The notes below the pieces were generated by a model. The model searched no databases and was not told where the DNA came from. It saw nothing but the letters and a program-made list of their open reading frames with translations. Of a stretch of DNA of 64,000 bases, positions 60,599 through 64,000 are shown in pieces. Origin of the DNA: Escherichia phage BME3. Position 1 is the stretch's first letter. Every line of letters begins with the position of its first letter. A program made the position numbers and the translations under genes. The DNA is taken from the sequence record PP239276.1; one strand, written 5' to 3'.

Positions 60599-60695
60599 TG
60601 GCAGCAAGGTGAGGAATCGAACCCCTTGATCTATGGTTTGGAGCCATATTGAGTACCATACTCTTTTAAATCTACCCGGCTATGAGTTCCTTGAA
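60599..60695 (-). tRNA. tRNA-like, possible Trp(CCA); 5' half aberrant, 5' end uncertain
   Basis: CCA, acceptor 3' strand, T-loop AATCGAA and canonical anticodon arm with loop CUCCAAA; no matching 5' acceptor strand at expected distance. Confidence 0.3.
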
Positions 60696-60739
60696 GTGTC
60701 AATGTAACTTAATCATTACACCAGAAGGGAGGTATTTAT

Positions 60740-60818
60740 TGGAGGCGGGAGTAGGATTTGAACCTACGATCTCCAGCATATGAAACTGGCGAGGACGACC
60801 AGACTCCTCTATCCCGCG
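60740..60818 (-). tRNA. tRNA-Met/Ile2 (CAU), CCA encoded
   Basis: T-arm GTAGG-ATTTGAA-CCTAC, anticodon loop UUCAUAU, D arm with 11 nt loop, 1:72 mismatch. Confidence 0.6.
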
Positions 60819-60833
60819 CAATCTGTAGTAATT

Positions 60834-60909
60834 TGGTTGATAGTAAGAGAATCGAACTCTTCTCGCAATGCCTTATGAAAGCACTCGAAACGCCAGCTTC
60901 ACACTATCA
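60834..60909 (-). tRNA. tRNA, probable CAU anticodon, atypical anticodon-arm register
   Basis: perfect 7 bp acceptor and T-arm AAGAG-AATCGAA-CTCTT, CCA encoded; anticodon arm only folds with 6 nt variable loop. Confidence 0.45.
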
Positions 60910-60997
60910 ATGGCTAACCCTTTATAACCCGTCTTGGCGTGGTATCCTTAACAGGACGGTAGATATCCGTTGCAAACCCTATGATATCTCTTAGATA

Positions 60998-61082
60998 TGG
61001 TAGCTAAGGTGAGACTCGAACTCACAATCCCTTGGGGCAATACGTTCTAAGCGTATCGTGTATACCATTCCACCACTTAGCC
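60998..61082 (-). tRNA. tRNA-Leu (UAG), type II
   Basis: CCA, acceptor, T-arm GTGAG-ACTCGAA-CTCAC, 14 nt variable arm, anticodon loop CUUAGAA. Confidence 0.7.
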
Positions 61083-61158
61083 ATAAAAATACACCACTGT
61101 AAGAAGCCTCAATGTGCTATTGACAGTTAACCAAGTCTACTCCTTGGATGGTGATATT

Positions 61159-61233
61159 TGGTGCAGAGAGATGGTAACGATCCATCCTTTCTACCTTTTC
61201 AGGGTAGCACTAATCCGTCTCAGCTATCTCTGC
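61159..61233 (-). tRNA. tRNA-Phe (GAA)
   Basis: CCA, perfect acceptor, anticodon stem CTACC/GGTAG with loop CUGAAAA; non-canonical T-loop. Confidence 0.55.
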
Positions 61234-61238
61234 AAATT

Positions 61239-61314
61239 TGGTCAGTGCGGCAGGACTCGAACCTGCGACCTGAAGCGTCCAAGGCTCCCACGCTACCAAC
61301 TGCGCTACGCACTG
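61239..61314 (-). tRNA. tRNA-Pro (UGG)
   Basis: CCA, perfect acceptor, T-arm GCAGG-ACTCGAA-CCTGC, anticodon loop CUUGGAC. Confidence 0.7.
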
Positions 61315-61321
61315 TAAATCT

Positions 61322-61396
61322 TGGCTGGAGATCTAGGAATCGAACCTAGTCATCACGACTTCAAAGGCCGTTGCCTTCCCACTAGGCTAATCTCCA
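61322..61396 (-). tRNA. tRNA-Gln (UUG)
   Basis: CCA, perfect acceptor, T-arm CTAGG-AATCGAA-CCTAG, anticodon loop CUUUGAA. Confidence 0.7.
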
Positions 61397-61495
61397 ATAA
61401 AACTAAAAATCACTTAAAAAGAACCGCTAGAGTTTGAAGGAGAAAACCATGAGCGAAAAGAGAAATTTTCTCTAGCGATTCCATTTAAATAATCT

Positions 61496-61570
61496 TGGAG
61501 CGAGTAACAGGACTTGAACCTGCACCTGGAGGGTGGAAACCTCATATGCTACCATTAACACTATACCCGC
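61496..61570 (-). tRNA. tRNA-Gly (UCC)
   Basis: CCA, perfect acceptor, T-loop ACTTGAA, anticodon loop UUUCCAC. Confidence 0.6.
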
Positions 61571-61582
61571 TTAACAATATTA

Positions 61583-61611
61583 CTCTAACATATTATTAGC
61601 CCCTTTGTCAA
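61583..61611 (-). promoter_or_regulatory. minus-strand promoter upstream of tRNA block (TTGACAA - N16 - TTAGAG)
   Basis: reverse complement reads TTGACAAAGGGGCTAATAATATGTTAGAG; predicted start a few nt upstream of tRNA 5' end. Confidence 0.5.
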
Positions 61612-61625
61612 GAGGCTTTTGATAT

Positions 61626-61955
61626 TTATTTTAAAATAGTAGATGAACCACGTCTGTTTAGATATGCAATAGTAAAGTCCAAATCACCTATTTCTTCAGG
61701 TTCCCACTGACCTTCTAAGCCATAACAAGAACAATGATATGCGTGTACTTCATAAAACAAAGATGTTTTCATATCATAAAAATAAACGTGAGATTCACCT
61801 TCATAATATGCACAATCATAAGTGGCAGAAAGAATTACAATGTTATCCTTATCTAACTCTACTTCATAATATCTTTCAACATCTTCAATATGATCAAAAC
61901 CATCGAAAACATTGATATTAAAATATTTCTCTAACTCTTTTTCTGTCACATACAC
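61626..61955 (-). CDS. hypothetical protein embedded in tRNA region
   Basis: 109 aa ORF between tRNA genes. Confidence 0.5.
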   Translation of the reverse strand: MYVTEKELEKYFNINVFDGFDHIEDVERYYEVELDKDNIVILSATYDCAYYEGESHVYFYDMKTSLFYEVHAYHCSCYGLEGQWEPEEIGDLDFTIAYLNRRGSSTILK

Positions 61956-61972
61956 TCCTTTAGAGTTAAAAT

Positions 61973-62047
61973 TGGTGCTCCCACAAGGACTCGAACCCTG
62001 ATAAGTTGCTTACAAGGCAACCGTAATAGCCGTTATACGATAGGAGC
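61973..62047 (-). tRNA. tRNA-Thr (UGU)
   Basis: CCA, acceptor with G-U pairs, T-loop ACTCGAA, anticodon stem GTTGC/GCAAC loop CUUGUAA. Confidence 0.65.
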
Positions 62048-62053
62048 AATACT

Positions 62054-62130
62054 TGGACTCGACAGGATTCGATACCTGCAATTCCAGAAGCCTCTTGGCG
62101 ACTGGGGGTTTACCTTAACTCTACAAGTCC
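62054..62130 (-). tRNA. tRNA-like, atypical (8-nt T-loop, unresolved anticodon arm)
   Basis: 7 bp acceptor pairing 62055-62061 with 62124-62130; T-arm folds only with 8-nt loop ATTCGATA. Confidence 0.3.
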
Positions 62131-62137
62131 ATAATTC

Positions 62138-62222
62138 TGGCGATGGATCAAGGATTTGAACCTTGCTAGAACTTTCGTTCACGGATTAACAGTCCGTCGC
62201 CCAACCACTAGGCCAATCCATC
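62138..62222 (-). tRNA. type II tRNA whose anticodon reads GUU
   Basis: CCA, perfect acceptor, T-arm CAAGG-ATTTGAA-CCTTG, variable-arm hairpin GAAC-TTTC-GTTC, anticodon stem ACGGA/TCCGT loop CUGUUAA. Confidence 0.5.
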
Positions 62223-62229
62223 TTTAATT

Positions 62230-62316
62230 TGGTGCAGGTAGTTGGACTCGAACCAACGAAGCCCAGAAGGGCAAGAGATTTACAGTCTCCAGCAATTGCC
62301 GCTATGCGATACCTAC
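62230..62316 (-). tRNA. tRNA-Tyr (GUA), type II
   Basis: CCA, perfect acceptor, T-arm GTTGG-ACTCGAA-CCAAC, 16 nt variable arm, anticodon loop CUGUAAA. Confidence 0.7.
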
Positions 62317-62321
62317 GTGTT

Positions 62322-62397
62322 TGGTACATCGTGAAGGATTCGAACCTTCGACCTTGGAGTTAAAAGCCCCTTGCTCTACCAACTAAGCTAACGATGT
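62322..62397 (-). tRNA. tRNA-Lys (UUU)
   Basis: CCA, perfect acceptor, T-arm GAAGG-ATTCGAA-CCTTC, anticodon loop CUUUUAA. Confidence 0.65.
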
Positions 62398-62522
62398 ATA
62401 AATTATCTTTAAAATAGCCAGTGTTTGCGGCACTTGACTATGGGATATCGGTAAGATGGTGGGGCCATCTGCCGAAAGTTTACTCTGTTAAAGTAAGATG
62501 ACAAGCTACATTAAAGATAACT

Positions 62523-62608
62523 TGGCGGTAGATGTAGGACTTGAACCTACACGCCGTTTCCGACGACAGTTTAGCAAACTGTTGTGGCTACCATTTCACC
62601 AATCTACC
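62523..62608 (-). tRNA. tRNA-Ser (GCU), type II
   Basis: CCA, perfect acceptor, T-arm GTAGG-ACTTGAA-CCTAC, long variable arm, anticodon stem ACAGT/ACTGT loop UUGCUAA. Confidence 0.7.
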
Positions 62609-62616
62609 GTTCTTAA

Positions 62617-62769
62617 TTATTCAAAACAACCGGAATCTTTTTGTTCTGCTTTTACCATACGAATATTTTTACCATCTTCAGATTGTTGAAGATTAGAATA
62701 CTCATAAATAACTTTATTATCTACAATCTTAACTCCGGTAACAACCTGTCCAATAGTTTTATAATTCAT
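62617..62769 (-). CDS. hypothetical small protein
   Basis: internal ATG at 62769 with AGGAGC RBS; track ORF to 62817 would overlap the next tRNA. Confidence 0.35.
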   Translation of the reverse strand: MNYKTIGQVVTGVKIVDNKVIYEYSNLQQSEDGKNIRMVKAEQKDSGCFE

Positions 62770-62787
62770 AAAGCTCCTAGTTGAATT

Positions 62788-62877
62788 TGGAGGAAGATAA
62801 TGGAGTCGAACCATCACCGTATCGCTACAATGGGCCAGGGTTCAAACCTGGTTGCGCACCGCTGCGCCCTACCTTCC
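62788..62877 (-). tRNA. tRNA-Ser (UGA), type II
   Basis: CCA, acceptor, T-loop AGTCGAA, 19 nt variable arm, anticodon stem CCAGG/CCTGG loop UUUGAAC. Confidence 0.65.
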
Positions 62878-62893
62878 CGTTATCATACTTTAA

Positions 62894-62922
62894 ATCTAAC
62901 ATAAAACTATGTTGCTTGTCAA
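62894..62922 (-). promoter_or_regulatory. minus-strand promoter (TTGACAA - 17 nt - TTAGAT)
   Basis: reverse complement reads TTGACAAGCAACATAGTTTTATGTTAGAT, about 15 nt upstream of tRNA 5' end. Confidence 0.5.
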
Positions 62923-62940
62923 GTAGTTTTTAAAACTTTT

Positions 62941-63022
62941 TGGCCGGGGTGACAGGATTCGAACCTGCATACTCCAATTACTCGGTTAACGCCTGATTAG
63001 AAGTCAGGTGAGATACACCCCG
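62941..63022 (-). tRNA. tRNA-like with Arg(UCU) anticodon arm, apparently lacking a normal D arm
   Basis: CCA, perfect GC-rich 7 bp acceptor, T-arm ACAGG-ATTCGAA-CCTGC, anticodon stem CCTGA/TCAGG loop CUUCUAA; only 7 nt between anticodon stem and 5' acceptor strand. Confidence 0.4.
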
Positions 63023-63092
63023 TTTTCACAGTAACTATAACAAAAAACTAAGTAAATGTCAAGATATTTTTTACTAAATTGCTATTTAAATT

Positions 63093-63165
63093 GAAGCCTA
63101 GTTATGGAATCGAACCATATTTCGTATTTAGTTAGACAAAGCGATCTAACATATTTTTCAGGCTT
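63093..63165 (-). tRNA. tRNA-like, atypical (no encoded CCA; internal hairpin has 8-nt loop)
   Basis: perfect T-arm TATGG-AATCGAA-CCATA; 7 bp acceptor possible only with 2-nt offset. Confidence 0.35.
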
Positions 63166-63202
63166 TGATGGCCTCGGAATTACCAAATACCCTACCAGGC
63201 GT

Positions 63203-63288
63203 TGGTGCAAGTGGAGGGATTCGAACCCTCAATCATTTAAGCGTTGCGTTTTAAGCACAATGTGTATCACCAATTCCACCACACTTGC
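63203..63288 (-). tRNA. tRNA-Leu (UAA), type II
   Basis: CCA, perfect acceptor, T-arm GAGGG-ATTCGAA-CCCTC, 13 nt variable arm, anticodon loop CUUAAAA. Confidence 0.7.
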
Positions 63289-63319
63289 ATATAGGAGATG
63301 CATAGCACCTCCTTTTAAA

Positions 63320-63395
63320 TGGTGGTTCCCCAGGGTTACAATCCCTGCCCTCGACACTTATGAGGTGTGCGCTCTCGTCAGTGAGCTATGGAACC
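63320..63395 (-). tRNA. tRNA-Met/Ile2 (CAU)
   Basis: CCA, 6 bp acceptor, D stem GCTC/GAGC, anticodon loop CUCAUAA, T-stem CAGGG/CCCTG with non-canonical loop. Confidence 0.55.
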
Positions 63396-63402
63396 TTGAA
63401 TA

Positions 63403-63669
63403 TTAAGCATACTGGGTCATTTCACCAGCTTCGCGTTTCTCCAGAAGAACTGTAATCAAAGCAATAGCTGCTTCTTCTTCGTGAGGAAGCCCCATTTCAT
63501 CCAGAAGAGCAAGGAAGTCAATTACCAAACTTTCTGTTTTAAGGCTCACGCTACCATTTTCGTTTTCAGTAAGAACTGATTCAGGTTCAAAAATAAAGAT
63601 TGCTCCACCTTTATTATCAATCAATACGTGCTTCTCAATCAATTCTTTACCATAAGTACGTTCTGTCAT
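63403..63669 (-). CDS. hypothetical acidic protein
   Basis: 88 aa ORF, promoter-like motif upstream. Confidence 0.5.
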   Translation of the reverse strand: MTERTYGKELIEKHVLIDNKGGAIFIFEPESVLTENENGSVSLKTESLVIDFLALLDEMGLPHEEEAAIALITVLLEKREAGEMTQYA

Positions 63670-63699
63670 AGTTTTCTCCTTTTTGTTTAACTTGTGCTT

Positions 63700-63729
63700 A
63701 TCTTAGCAAATAACTAGCTATGTTGTCAA
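63700..63729 (-). promoter_or_regulatory. minus-strand promoter (TTGACAA - 18 nt - TAAGAT)
   Basis: reverse complement reads TTGACAACATAGCTAGTTATTTGCTAAGAT. Confidence 0.45.
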
Positions 63730-63836
63730 CTAGTTTTTACAATATTTTTTCTTGATCTGTAACCTAGTGTATAACCACATACAAAAGATACAATAGCAAT
63801 AAAAACAGATAAGCCAAAAATAATTTCTGTAGACAT
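63726..63836 (-). CDS. hypothetical small membrane peptide
   Basis: 36 aa ORF read by hand (MSTEIIFGLSVFIAIVSFVCGYTLGYRSRKNIVKTS), AGGAAA RBS. Confidence 0.25.
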   Translation of the reverse strand: MSTEIIFGLSVFIAIVSFVCGYTLGYRSRKNIVKTS

Positions 63837-63848
63837 ACTGTTTCCTTA

Positions 63849-64000
63849 ATTATGTGAAATCTAATTCCTCCTCTGGTGCTGTGTAATTTAGAAGAAGATC
63901 AGTTACACTTTGATGTTGATAAACCCTTTCGGGACTGTCATCGAATGCCAAACTTGTACAAATCGAGCATAGATCCGACTCTTGAATATTACCATTCCTG
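63849..64000 (-). CDS. hypothetical protein, 5' partial (continues beyond window)
   Basis: open frame on minus strand from window edge to stop at 63849-63851. Confidence 0.35.

Noticed and set aside
60758-60994. 78-aa plus-strand ORF in the tRNA region
   Set aside because: Overlaps hand-folded minus-strand tRNA genes and has no RBS; regarded as a spurious frame.
61114-61349. Plus-strand ORFs of 67 and 63 aa
   Set aside because: Overlap tRNA-Phe, tRNA-Pro and tRNA-Gln on the opposite strand.
61449-61479. Tiny plus-strand ORF (MSEKRNFL) with AGGAG upstream, and adjacent hairpin AGAGAAA-T-TTTCTCT
   Set aside because: Eight codons only and inside a minus-strand tRNA spacer; more likely the hairpin is a processing or termination element.
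62398-62522. Possible tRNA or regulatory RNA around hairpin GATGG-TGGGG-CCATC (62455-62469)
   Set aside because: The hairpin has a 5-nt loop and no flanking acceptor or T-arm pairing; left unannotated as a spacer hairpin.
62835-62851. CCAGG-GTTCAAA-CCTGG, which looks like a plus-strand tRNA T-arm
   Set aside because: Flanking sequence gives no plus-strand acceptor or anticodon arm; it fits perfectly as the anticodon arm (loop UUUGAAC, anticodon UGA) of the minus-strand tRNA-Ser at 62788-62877.
63104-63406. 100-aa plus-strand ORF
   Set aside because: Overlaps tRNA-Leu(UAA) and tRNA(CAU) on the minus strand.
1-64000. Searched for integrase, repressor, att-like repeats or a CRISPR array
   Set aside because: No tyrosine/serine recombinase motifs, no repressor-like helix-turn-helix gene next to a divergent promoter, and no repeat-spacer structure were seen; the window looks like a virulent phage.

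Overview
This window reads as a virulent tailed phage (contractile-tail, myovirus-like) genome segment infecting a Gram-negative host, in three blocks. (1) 1-21700, plus strand: early/replication genes, including a T7-gp4-like primase-helicase, a family A DNA polymerase, an SSB-like protein, a DPPY DNA methyltransferase, four tandem glycosyltransferases, a TARG1/DarG-like macro-domain protein and a Ter-like stress module (TerC, TelA-like, vWA, TerD). (2) 21736-59392, minus strand: a complete morphogenesis operon running from large terminase through portal, scaffold, decoration-like protein, major capsid, sheath, tube, tape measure and baseplate to several tail fibres/tailspikes, with an overlapping Rz/Rz1 spanin pair upstream of terminase. 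(3) 60518-63395, minus strand: about 20 tRNA or tRNA-like genes with small ORFs and a recurring promoter motif between them. Nothing suggests lysogeny (no integrase or repressor) and there is no CRISPR array. All calls come from reading the six-frame translations and the DNA by eye; no searches were run, so product names are motif-level inferences. The most interesting candidates are the Ter-like module with the macro-domain gene, the glycosyltransferase block, a miniature CCA-enzyme-like nucleotidyltransferase, and several architecturally atypical tRNAs.
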